Positions 36,161-43,986 of a stretch of 64,000 bases of DNA are shown in pieces (position 1 is the first letter of the stretch; each line of letters opens with the position of its first letter). The notes below the pieces were generated by a model, which saw only the letters and a list, made by a program, of their open reading frames with translations, was not told the origin of the DNA and did not search any database. The DNA lies in the NCBI GenBank assembly GCA_964609835.1, contig CAZSTH010000002.1, positions 19,227-83,226 of the forward strand. The letters run 5' to 3'. Both the position numbers and the translations under genes were made by a program. Origin of the DNA: an uncultured Thermoanaerobaculia bacterium. Its GTDB lineage: Bacteria > Acidobacteriota > Thermoanaerobaculia > Thermoanaerobaculales > Sulfomarinibacteraceae.

Positions 36161-36841
36161 ATGAAGAAGTCCACGTCATGTCTGGCTCTCGTGTGTTGGT
36201 GTGCGGCTGCGGTGAGCGCCATGGCGCAGATTCCGCCGGATTCCGCCAAGCTCGCCGTGCAGATCTCCGAGAAGCGCGAGGAGAACCGCAAGAAGCTGCG
36301 CGAGTACAGCTGGAAGACGCGCTCGGAGATCGCCGTCAAGGGCGAGACCAAGCTGCTGAAGGTCGAGCTGGTGCGCTTCGATATCGACGGCAGTATGCAG
36401 AAGACCACGCTCAGCGAGGAGAAACCGGACAAAAAGCGCGGTGTGCGCGGACGCATCCAGAAGAAGAAGGGCAAAGAGATGCGCGAGTGGTTCGGCGAGC
36501 TGCACGGCCTCCTCGCGCAGTACTCGCTTCCGACCACTGGGAAGGTCCTCGATTTTCTCGACAAGGCGACTTTCGGTCCGGGCGATCGGCCAGGAACCAT
36601 CCGCATCCGCGGAACCAGCGTCGTACAGCCCGGTGACGAGCTGACGATGTGGGTCGACTCAGACACCAAGGACATCGTGCTGACGAAGGTCCGCACACGA
36701 CTCGACGGTGACACCGTCGTGCTCGAGACGAATCACGATCGTCTCGCCTCGGGTCTCAGTTACCAGGCGCGCTCCATCATCACGGTTCCCGCGGAGGACG
36801 TGCGCATGACCGTCGAGAACTTCGACTACGACAAGCAGTGA
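36161..36841 (+). CDS. hypothetical secreted protein (226 aa)
   Basis: Signal peptide MKKSTSCLALVCWCAAAVSAMAQ. The protein is Lys-rich with slightly lower GC. Its stop lies 10 nt before the next gene. Confidence 0.65.
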   Translation: MKKSTSCLALVCWCAAAVSAMAQIPPDSAKLAVQISEKREENRKKLREYSWKTRSEIAVKGETKLLKVELVRFDIDGSMQKTTLSEEKPDKKRGVRGRIQKKKGKEMREWFGELHGLLAQYSLPTTGKVLDFLDKATFGPGDRPGTIRIRGTSVVQPGDELTMWVDSDTKDIVLTKVRTRLDGDTVVLETNHDRLASGLSYQARSIITVPAEDVRMTVENFDYDKQ

Positions 36842-36851
36842 GGAGCTGAAC

Positions 36852-39191
36852 ATGAGAAAGGTCGTTGTTTGCTGCGCGGCCGTGGTCGTCCTGGCATGGG
36901 CCGGAGTCGCGCAAACGTTTGCGAGCCCCGCGGGATGGCCCCGCGAGATCCAGGGCCTGGACGGCGCCCGCGTCACGCTCTACCAGCCGCAGATCGAAAG
37001 CTGGGACTACTACGTCACGCTGCGTTTCCGGATGGCGGCAGAGTTCGTGCTGCCCGGCCATGACCGGCCAATTCCCGCGGCACTGCGAATGGAGGCGTCC
37101 ACCACGACCGACCTCCAGCAACGAACCGTGACCGCGTTCGACGTCAAATTGATCGATATCGCGTTCCCGAACGCGGATGAGGCGACCGCAAAGCGTTTGA
37201 CGGAGGCCGTGAGGGCGCACGTTTTCCCTCAGAGCCAGTCCCTTTCGCTCGACGACGTGCTCGCGTACTTCGAGCCCGCGGCACAAAAGCCGCGACCCGA
37301 GCCTCCACCCACTCCGGTGGCGAACCTCACACGTCCCGCCGAGCTGCCCGGTCAAACGCCGGTGGTCCTGGTGAGCCAGACGCCCGCCATCCTGGTCCTG
37401 TTCGATGGCGAGCCGCTCTTCGTCGAGATCGAGAAGACGGGGCTCGAGTTCGCCGTCAACACGAACTGGGACGTGTTCCGCGATCCCACATCGTCGGCCC
37501 ACTACCTGCTGCACGGCGACGCGTGGCTCGAGGCGCCCACTACGACCGGTCCATGGGCTCCGGTCGGCAAGCTCCCGAAGGCGTTTTACGAGATTCCGGA
37601 GAGCGAGAGCTTCGAGGGAGTGCGCGAGCACGTTCCGGGCAGGAAGATCTCGAAGAGCGAGACACCGCGAGTCTTCGTCAGTTACCGACCGGCGGAGTTG
37701 ATCCTGCTCGATGGTGAGCCCGTCGAGGAGGAGGTCCCCGGAACCGAGCTCGTCTGGGTCAGCAACACCGAGAGCGACCTGTTCCGCAGCACCGCAAGCG
37801 GTGACTATTACTACCTCATCTCGGGCCGCTGGTTCCGGGCGGCGAGCCTGGACAGTCCCTGGTCGCCGGCCAGCCGCGAGCTCCCTGAGAGCTTCGCGGC
37901 GATCCCAACCGACCACCCGGCGGCCGGCGTTCGCGTGTCGGTGCCGGGAACCCCGGAGGCGGAGGAGGCGGTCATGCTGGCCACCATCCCGCAGAATGCG
38001 GAGGTGCGGCGCGACGAGGTCACCGTCGTCGTCCGCTACGACGGCGACCCGGATTTCCGTCCCATCGAGGGCACGACCGTCTTCTACGCGGCCAACACCG
38101 CGTTCGATGTCTTCCGCGTGGGGAGCCTCTACTACGTCTGCTTTCAAGGCGTGTGGTTCGTGGCGACCTCGCCCCAGGGCCCGTGGGCCGTCTGCGACAA
38201 CGTCGCGGCGGCGATCTACGAGATTCCGCCCACCAGCCCGAAGTATCACGTGACGTACGTCTACGTCTACGACTCCACGCCGGACGTGGTCGTCGTCGGC
38301 TACACGTCGGGCTACACCGGCGTCTACATCTCGCGCGGCTGCGTGGTCTATGGAACGGGCTGGTATTACCCGCCCTACGTCTACTCTCCGCCCTACGGCT
38401 ATCCCGTCTACCGGGCGTACCCGCACAGCTACGGCGTGGCCGCCTACTACAACCCCTACAGCGGCGGTTTCGCGCGAGGCGCCGCGGTCTACGGACCCTA
38501 TGGGGGCGCCGGCTGGGGCGCCGCCTACAACCCGGCCACGGGAACCTACGCCCGGGGTGTTTCTGCCTGGGGCCCGTACGAAGCCGGCTATGCGGGACAG
38601 GCCTACAACCCGCGCACGGACACCTACGGCGCCACCTACCAGCGCTCGAACCCCTACGCCAGCTGGGGAGAGACCGTGGTCAGCCGCGGCGACGAATGGG
38701 TGCACACCGGGTACTACTCGGATTCTCGGGGCACCGTAGCCGGTGCCGAGACGTCACAGGGCGGCCGGGCCGCGGCGGTCCAGACGGACCGCGGCGCCGT
38801 TGCCGGCGTCGAGACGGCGGAGGGCGGCCGGGCCCGGGCGGTGCAGACGGACCAGAGCACGGCCTACGCGGCCAGAGACGCGGACAACAACCTCTATGCC
38901 GGACGAGACGGTAACGTCTACCAATACAACGATGACGGATGGTCGACCTACAACGACGGAGCCTGGCAGTCCGTGGAGCCCCCCGAGGGGTCGACCGAAC
39001 GGAGGCAGGAGGCACAGGCAAGGGCCGGGAATGCCGGAACCGAAAAATCAAGGGGGACGTTCGAAGGCCTCGAGCAGGACCGGCAAGCGCGAAGCAGCGC
39101 GTCGCAGCGCTCGCAACGGTATGAGTCGTGGCGCGGCGACCGCTCGAAATCCGCGTCGCGATCCGCCTCCCGCGGCACTCGTCGCCGTTGA
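36852..39191 (+). CDS. large secreted protein with three internal ~60-aa repeats and a Tyr/Gly/Asn-rich C-terminal region
   Basis: Signal peptide MRKVVVCCAAVVVLAWAGVAQTFA, with GAGGAG upstream. The repeats begin PAILVLFDGEPLFVEI..., PAELILLDGEPVEEEV... and VVVRYDGDPDFRPI..., each ending in a GxW(F/L)xA...PW segment. The tail contains the reiterated AAYNPATGTYARG / QAYNPRTDTYGAT. Confidence 0.75.
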   Translation: MRKVVVCCAAVVVLAWAGVAQTFASPAGWPREIQGLDGARVTLYQPQIESWDYYVTLRFRMAAEFVLPGHDRPIPAALRMEASTTTDLQQRTVTAFDVKLIDIAFPNADEATAKRLTEAVRAHVFPQSQSLSLDDVLAYFEPAAQKPRPEPPPTPVANLTRPAELPGQTPVVLVSQTPAILVLFDGEPLFVEIEKTGLEFAVNTNWDVFRDPTSSAHYLLHGDAWLEAPTTTGPWAPVGKLPKAFYEIPESESFEGVREHVPGRKISKSETPRVFVSYRPAELILLDGEPVEEEVPGTELVWVSNTESDLFRSTASGDYYYLISGRWFRAASLDSPWSPASRELPESFAAIPTDHPAAGVRVSVPGTPEAEEAVMLATIPQNAEVRRDEVTVVVRYDGDPDFRPIEGTTVFYAANTAFDVFRVGSLYYVCFQGVWFVATSPQGPWAVCDNVAAAIYEIPPTSPKYHVTYVYVYDSTPDVVVVGYTSGYTGVYISRGCVVYGTGWYYPPYVYSPPYGYPVYRAYPHSYGVAAYYNPYSGGFARGAAVYGPYGGAGWGAAYNPATGTYARGVSAWGPYEAGYAGQAYNPRTDTYGATYQRSNPYASWGETVVSRGDEWVHTGYYSDSRGTVAGAETSQGGRAAAVQTDRGAVAGVETAEGGRARAVQTDQSTAYAARDADNNLYAGRDGNVYQYNDDGWSTYNDGAWQSVEPPEGSTERRQEAQARAGNAGTEKSRGTFEGLEQDRQARSSASQRSQRYESWRGDRSKSASRSASRGTRRR

Positions 39192-39250
39192 ACGCTTGGC
39201 CGCGCATGACGGGCACGGCTCGCGCGTCGTGCACGAAAAGGCGAGCAGGT

Positions 39251-39301
39251 GTGCCTGTAAAGGCACCAGGTACGGCGGCTATGATGTTGTGATACCTGCA
39301 C
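39251..39301. repeat. degenerate REP-like sequence at the island's left edge
   Basis: A small hairpin gtgcct-gtaa-aggcac sits at 39251-39266. At 39287-39301, ttgtgatacctgcac is the reverse complement of the GTGCCAGGTATCACAA REP core with a 1-nt deletion. Confidence 0.55.
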
Positions 39302-39610
39302 TTCAAGAGGTAGAAAGGGGGGATGGGAGATCGACCGCGGATGCTGATGACTGGTGGCATCTACCAGCAACACAACCGAACGTCCCGCGGCGCGAATGTC
39401 CTCCGTAAGGACGATGAAGCCGACGACCAGTACGGACAAACCGCGAGCCGATTGGTGAGCAGGGCAGCGCGGCGTAGGAGGGACGTTGGAGGATTCGCGG
39501 ACCGGATCACAGGTGTCGATCCTGCGATCGTGAAGGGGGCGACTGGAGTCGCTACCGGCATCGAGAAGGGCCGCTCGACCCGCGATGAGCGATGGCTTCG
39601 GGTGGGGCGG

Positions 39611-39877
39611 CTACCAGTGGGTCTCGACTCCGTAGGCCGAGAACCGTTCGTCCGACGTCAGCACGGCCAGATCCTCGGCCTTCGCCTGCGCAACCAGAAG
39701 GCGGTCGAACGGATCGCGATGATACAGCGGGAGCTCTGCGTAGGTGGAGAGGTGAGCGAGTTCGAGGTCGAGGAGCCGGACCCGGTGCTCCAAACCCATC
39801 GCCATGGCCAGCGCGATCAGCGCCGTCTGCACATCACGAAGACGATGCCGGCGAGGGGCACGAACCACCTCAACCAC
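39611..39877 (-). pseudogene. C-terminal remnant of a PIN-domain (VapC-like) toxin
   Basis: ...LPLYHRDPFDRLLVAQAKAEDLAVLTSDERFSAYGVETHW matches the C-terminal half of HRDPFDR-type PIN toxins. The N-terminal half, with the first catalytic Asp, is absent in all three minus frames upstream. Confidence 0.55.
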
Positions 39878-40346
39878 CTCTGCACGGGGATGTCGCCGAC
39901 ACCGTGGAGGACCGGGTGTTCCCTGCCGCTCGTTCGATTCTCAGCAGCATCGCGGCCGAGGGAGTGACCTGGCCGCTGAGGTACGTGCTCAGTCGCGACG
40001 CGCTGGTGCCGACAAGCCGGGCGAACTGGCCGTTGGTGAGCCCCGAACCGGCGACCGCCTCCCGGACGCGTGCCGCCACCTCGGCTCGATCAGCGCTGTC
40101 GGTATCGATGCGGGAGCGTTCGATGGCGAGGGCGAACAGCGTGCTCACCCCGTCCGGCTCTCGATAGGAGAGATAGTGCTCCATGCGCCGGGCGACCTTA
40201 CCCCACGGCGACCGACGCAGCTCGACGAAAATCGGCTGCCAGTCTTGGACCAGCCCGCGGTCGATCACCGCCACCAGCGCTTCGTACGGCCACGTACGGA
40301 CATCGTCGGTGGGCGACGCATCGACGTTACGGAACGCGACCGGCAT
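39870..40346 (-). CDS. XRE-type HTH protein (unknown N-domain + C-terminal HTH), putative antitoxin/regulator
   Basis: From ATG 40346 the protein begins MPVAFRNVDASPTDDVRTWPYEALVAVIDRG.... The C-terminal LTNGQFARLVGTSASRLSTYLSGQVTPSAAMLLRI is an XRE HTH. The start shares one base with the upstream stop (TGATG). Confidence 0.6.
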   Translation of the reverse strand: MPVAFRNVDASPTDDVRTWPYEALVAVIDRGLVQDWQPIFVELRRSPWGKVARRMEHYLSYREPDGVSTLFALAIERSRIDTDSADRAEVAARVREAVAGSGLTNGQFARLVGTSASRLSTYLSGQVTPSAAMLLRIERAAGNTRSSTVSATSPCRGG

Positions 40347-41047
40347 CAGACGGCCCCGCTCAACCGCAGCGCCAGGGAGCGACAGACCTCGACGACACGG
40401 TCCCAACGATGATATCGGTCCTTGAGACCCTTGTAGCGAGGCAACTCGTCGATCACTTCGGTGTCTCGCGGTCTGGGATCGGCGAGTGAGATCACGAGCG
40501 AAGTCAGGACCGAACCCCGCTCGCCGGATCGATCCAGGTAGTAGGCGTCGATTTCGGAGAGGACTTCAACCGCGGTGTCCGTGCCGAGGTGCTCGGCCAG
40601 AGCAACCACATCCAGATAGTCGCGAACGACGTTGCGCTGGACGACGAGGAATGCCTTCACGCGGAGAGCTTCGGCTGCGGTGGGAGCGACGACGACGGCG
40701 CCTTCTCCCACCTCGACCTCGCAGGTTTCGAGGGGTCGGCTCCGCCGCATCTGTCGGAGTCCGGCCTCAACGCCCCAGAGGCTGCCCATAATGGTGAACG
40801 GCGGCTTCGACGCCCGCACCGACGTGGCCCATCCCTCGGTGGCCTCTACGGCCTCGAGCACCGTCTCATACCGATCGACGAGATCGGCCAGGACGTGATC
40901 GTGGTCAAACGAGTCGCGATGACCGGCGTGAAGCGCCGCTGCCGAACCCCCGACCAGAACTGCGTCTGGAACGACTTCCTGGAGTCGGGCAGCGGACCGA
41001 AGAACGCGTTCGAGAATCGGACTCACATCTACCATGTCCCTTATCAT
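40346..41047 (-). CDS. nucleotidyltransferase-fold protein (AbiEii/DUF1814-like), putative toxin
   Basis: The 233-aa protein contains VLVGGSAAALHAGHRDSFDHDHV, which fits the minimal NTase G[GS]-x(9-13)-DxD motif. Its size and its context with an HTH partner fit AbiEii/MenT-like proteins. Confidence 0.55.
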   Translation of the reverse strand: MIRDMVDVSPILERVLRSAARLQEVVPDAVLVGGSAAALHAGHRDSFDHDHVLADLVDRYETVLEAVEATEGWATSVRASKPPFTIMGSLWGVEAGLRQMRRSRPLETCEVEVGEGAVVVAPTAAEALRVKAFLVVQRNVVRDYLDVVALAEHLGTDTAVEVLSEIDAYYLDRSGERGSVLTSLVISLADPRPRDTEVIDELPRYKGLKDRYHRWDRVVEVCRSLALRLSGAV

Positions 41048-41056
41048 ATCTGATAA
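41041..41056. promoter_or_regulatory. perfect palindrome TTATCA-N4-TGATAA spanning the NTase start codon (candidate operator)
   Basis: ttatcatatctgataa. The ATG at 41047-41045 lies inside it. On the minus strand a possible TTGGAC-N18-TATGAT promoter overlaps it. Confidence 0.45.
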
Positions 41057-41103
41057 GCTCCTGGCAGTCCAACCATCTCCCCGGAAAGGTGCTGTTCAGA
41101 AGC

Positions 41104-41161
41104 CCGTTCGGAGCATGTGAGCCCATCCCGGGCCCCGAATAGGAGCCTCAACCCCGTGCTC
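41104..41161 (-). repeat. copy B (inverted) of the ~58-nt dispersed repeat seen at 23595-23652
   Basis: gcctcaaccccgtgctc (41145-41161) is the exact reverse complement of 23595-23611. The similarity continues for about 45 nt. Confidence 0.7.
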
Positions 41162-41200
41162 TGCCGGAGCTGAATGAAAGGAAATTCCTTTTCCCAAACT

Positions 41201-41266
41201 CACGTCCGTGCCAGGTATCACAATCTCACCACGTCCGTGCCAGGTATCACAATCTCACAATCTCAC
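41201..41266 (+). repeat. tandem REP units (2 x 29 nt + 8 nt)
   Basis: cacgtccGTGCCAGGTATCACAATCTCAC occurs twice, followed by aatctcac. It is preceded by the perfect palindrome aaaggaa-a-ttccttt at 41177-41191. Confidence 0.85.
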
Positions 41267-41269
41267 CGT

Positions 41270-41520
41270 CGTCTCAATTTTCGCGGTGATCGTTCCGCGA
41301 GGATCATCTCATCGAGCTCCCTCAGCCGTCTCGCGAAAGCCGGGTCGCTCGACCGGCGCTCGGCAGCGGCCGACGCCCAGCGGCTGACGCCTCCGGGGTT
41401 CTTCTGAAGCACCGACGCCATCTCACGAACCCGCTGCTCGAACTTCTCGACAACGGGAACCGCGACGAGCTCGCGCAGCTCTCGAAGCTCCGGATCCAGC
41501 CGACGGCGCCCCAGCTGTTT
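41270..41520 (-). pseudogene. 3'-terminal fragment of a second RAYT copy
   Basis: About 250 nt are more than 90% identical (by eye) to 41700-41945, the C-terminal HTH-coding part of the intact gene, at an offset of about 430 nt. The homology ends at ccagctg(t/a)t. Confidence 0.8.
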
Positions 41521-41564
41521 CCATGGCGCCGACCATTTTCTCCGGGAATTCGGGTCAATTACCC

Positions 41565-41588
41565 ATTGTGAGGTTGTGCTACCTGGCC
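41565..41588 (-). repeat. REP unit, inverted orientation
   Basis: attgtgaggttgtgctacctggcc is the reverse complement of ggccaggtagcacaacctcacaat. Confidence 0.7.
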
Positions 41589-41666
41589 CGCTTTTCGATC
41601 CAAATCAGTAGCTGAGTGCATTCTCTATTCTATCCTTCATCGGGCGACCAACGTTCAACAAGAAAG

Positions 41667-41690
41667 GTGCCTGGTATCACAATCTCACAA
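41667..41690 (+). repeat. REP unit flanking the 3' end of the RAYT gene
   Basis: gtgcctggtatcacaatctcacaa. Confidence 0.8.
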
Positions 41691-41701
41691 CCCTGCAGCG
41701 C

Positions 41702-42682
41702 TCACGATTTGCGCGGTGATCGCTCTGCGAGGATCATCTCATCGAGCTCCCTCAGCCGTCTCGCGAAAGCCGGGTCGCTCGACCGACGCTCGGCAGCGGC
41801 CGACACCCAGCGGCTGACGCTCCCGGGGTTCTTCTGAAGCACCGCCGCCATCTCACGAACCCGCTGCTCGAACTTCTCGACACCGAGAACCGCGACGAGC
41901 TCGCGCAGCTCTCGAAGCTCCGGATCCCGCCGACGGCTCGCCAGCTGATCCACGTCCATGTCCAGCGCCCTGCACCCCCGCTCCAGGTACTCCTCAACCG
42001 CGAGGCGGGGACGCTCGGGGGCCGTGCTGCGACCGAGGAAGTCCACGTAATCTCCACCCTCGCGAGGTTCCACCGGCGCGTCCTTGACCGGCAGCCACCA
42101 CGGCAGCTTCTCCGGAGCCTCGCCGACCCATTCGGTGGCCCCCGTCGTGTTCAGGCTCCGCACGTACGCTCTTCGCGCCGCTTTGCGGCTGCCGCCGTAC
42201 ATCATCAACAATTCGTCGGAGTCCACGATGCCGCGGCTGTGCCTGCTGACGATCTCTCGGTGCCCGCTCCACTCGAACGCCGCAGGATCTTCCACGAGAC
42301 CGGCAGTGACCGGGTTGAGATGGACGTACGCGATCAGCTGCAACAGGGAGCTCTCGTCCTGGATGATCTTCGCCTTGTACCTGCCCTGCCACAGCGGCCC
42401 GTAGACTTGGTGTCTGCGGTTGAATCCCTTGGTCGTCAACCCCTGGATCGAGGCCATGCTGCGCCACAGAGGAACCTCGGTCGTCCGGAACGCGATGTGA
42501 TAATGGTTGGACATCAGCGCCCAGGCGAAAATCACAAGGCCGTCGCGAACCTTGACCTTCCGAAGGTTGTCGACGAACGCCGTCGCCTCAGTCTCGTCGG
42601 CAAACACCGCCTCGCCGCGAGACGCACGGCAGTACACGTGGTAGATCCCGCCCTCGATGAAGATCCTCGGTTTCCGTGGCAA
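41702..42682 (-). CDS. IS200/IS605-like Y1 (HUH) transposase of the REP-associated (RAYT) type with C-terminal HTH resembling DnaA domain IV
   Basis: MPRKPRIFIEGGIYHVYCRASRGEAVFADE, ALMSNHYHIAF (HUH), GPLWQGRYKAKII (catalytic Tyr), LIAYVHLNPV. C-terminal part: LASRRRDPELRELRELVAVLGVEKFEQRVREMAAVLQKNPGSVSRW. The gene is flanked by inverted REPs (41667-41690 and 42720-42742). Confidence 0.85.
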   Translation of the reverse strand: MPRKPRIFIEGGIYHVYCRASRGEAVFADETEATAFVDNLRKVKVRDGLVIFAWALMSNHYHIAFRTTEVPLWRSMASIQGLTTKGFNRRHQVYGPLWQGRYKAKIIQDESSLLQLIAYVHLNPVTAGLVEDPAAFEWSGHREIVSRHSRGIVDSDELLMMYGGSRKAARRAYVRSLNTTGATEWVGEAPEKLPWWLPVKDAPVEPREGGDYVDFLGRSTAPERPRLAVEEYLERGCRALDMDVDQLASRRRDPELRELRELVAVLGVEKFEQRVREMAAVLQKNPGSVSRWVSAAAERRSSDPAFARRLRELDEMILAERSPRKS

Positions 42683-42719
42683 CGACCGTCACCTCCGACA
42701 ATTCGAATCTACCACGCAT

Positions 42720-42764
42720 GGTGAGGTTGTGATACCTGGCACGATTACGATTACGATTACGATT
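42720..42764 (-). repeat. REP unit (inverted) followed by (acgatt)x4
   Basis: ggtgaggttgtgatacctggcac occupies 42720-42742, then acgatt x4 occupies 42741-42764. The array runs into the TAA stop of the neighbouring YigZ-like gene. Confidence 0.85.
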
Positions 42765-43149
42765 AGTTGGCGGCAATCCCGGTCCTCTCGATGGCGCCCG
42801 CGCCGGCATCGCGAAACGCACGGCCGACGCCGCCCGGGCCGAGCTTGACGCCCCCGAACATCCGCGACACGACCAACACGCCCTCGAGATCGTGCTGGCG
42901 CAGCAGCTCGAGGAGCTTCATCCCCGGCCGGCCCACTTCACCGTCGTCCCGCGCCTGCTCGACCAGCCGGCCTTCGGTGTCGTGCACGCGGCACGCCCAG
43001 CAGTGGTGGCGCGCCTTGTGATACCTCTTCTTTCGCTTCCCGACCGCCTTCTTGACCTCGGCCATGGTCGCGGCAGGCACCGCCGCGGCGTGGAACTTCG
43101 AGCGTTGCTCGATGAAGGTGAACTCGGCGACCGCGGTGATTCGGGGCAT
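42763..43149 (-). CDS. YigZ/IMPACT-family N-terminal domain protein (UPF0029)
   Basis: FIEQRSKFHAAAVPA, KARHHCWACRV, RDDGEVGRPGMKLLELL, VLVVSRMFGGVKLGPGGVGRAF. Confidence 0.75.
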   Translation of the reverse strand: MPRITAVAEFTFIEQRSKFHAAAVPAATMAEVKKAVGKRKKRYHKARHHCWACRVHDTEGRLVEQARDDGEVGRPGMKLLELLRQHDLEGVLVVSRMFGGVKLGPGGVGRAFRDAGAGAIERTGIAAN

Positions 43150-43209
43150 GGGTGGGATGGTAGCGGAGATTGGATGTTGGATCTTGGATATCAGGTCTTC
43201 GGTGCCGGG

Positions 43210-43619
43210 TCACACGACCGGCAGCGCTCGGAGGTCGAGCAAACCCGAGTCGATGATCGTCTCGAGATCGTGGTCTTTGGAGAGCAGCAGAACGTCGTGC
43301 TCGGCCGCCAGCCTGGCGATGAGGCAGTCGATCGTCGAACGAATTGTCAGCCCCCGACCCCGGAGGCTGCGATAGAGCTCCGCTGCTTCCAGATAGGTCT
43401 CGGGCTCCCGCGGCGTCAACCATTCCATTTCGACAGAGCTCTGCTCGATCACCGACCGACTCTTCTCGTCCCGTAGACCCTGCAAGACCTCTGCCGCGAT
43501 CACGCCGCAGGTCAGGACATCCGCCTCCTCCGAATCAACCACGTCAACGCCTCGCCCTCCGGGCTGGGATGGCCGTTCAAGGGATCCACCCACGCCGAGG
43601 TGTCCACCAGCACCCTCAT
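43210..43619 (-). pseudogene. vapC: vapC (PIN) toxin interrupted by a 1-nt frameshift
   Basis: ATG 43619 (ATGA overlap with vapB) gives MRVLVDTSAWVDPLNGHPSPEGEALTW..., which stops after 35 codons. The rest of the PIN domain (VVDSEEADVLTCGVIAAEVLQGL...TIDCLIARLAAEHDVLLLSKDHDLE) continues in the adjacent frame to 43210. Confidence 0.65.
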
Positions 43620-43810
43620 GAGCGCTCCCGGAGCCGATCGATGTCGCCCTCCCACTCCACCGTGCCTCGAAGCTCGAGAAGCAGCCGGCGCTTCTTCGCG
43701 CGCACGAATCGACGCAACGCCTCGTTGATGACCTCGGTCTTCGTGCGTCCATTCGAGAGCTTCATCGCCGCCTCGAGTGCTTCGCTGTCGATGTTCAATG
43801 TTGTCCGCAT
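43616..43810 (-). CDS. vapB: VapB-type antitoxin (64 aa)
   Basis: MRTTLNIDSEALEAAMKLSNGRTKTEVINEALRRFVRAKKRRLLLELRGTVEWEGDIDRLRERS matches the MRTTLxIDDxL... antitoxin family pattern. Confidence 0.75.
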   Translation of the reverse strand: MRTTLNIDSEALEAAMKLSNGRTKTEVINEALRRFVRAKKRRLLLELRGTVEWEGDIDRLRERS

Positions 43811-43829
43811 GATCTGCTCTCTACCGCAT

Positions 43830-43858
43830 ATTATGGAGCCTTTATTGATGCACAGCAA
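43830..43858 (-). promoter_or_regulatory. candidate vapBC promoter (TTGCTG-N17-CATAAT)
   Basis: The minus strand reads TTGCTGtgcatcaataaaggctcCATAAT, about 20 nt upstream of the vapB ATG, in a locally AT-rich patch. Confidence 0.35.
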
Positions 43859-43986
43859 AACATATACGATGCATGAGGATCCCATTTCCGAGGCACAGGT
43901 ACTGCGCCGCGGAAATGGGCTCGATGGTACCCTGGAACGAGTCTCAAGGCGGAATCACGTCGATCGCTTTGGGCGCCCTGCACATC

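Noticed and set aside
36780-38705. 641-aa minus-strand ORF opposite the large secreted protein
   Set aside because: It is a shadow ORF rich in Arg, Gly, Val and Asp. The plus-strand protein has a signal peptide, an SD and internal repeats.
39323-39967. 214-aa plus-strand ORF, and the 163-aa minus ORF at 38948-39439, at the island's left edge
   Set aside because: Neither has recognisable motifs or an SD. Both cross the REP-like sequence and the PIN remnant. The region 39302-39610 is treated as decayed non-coding DNA.
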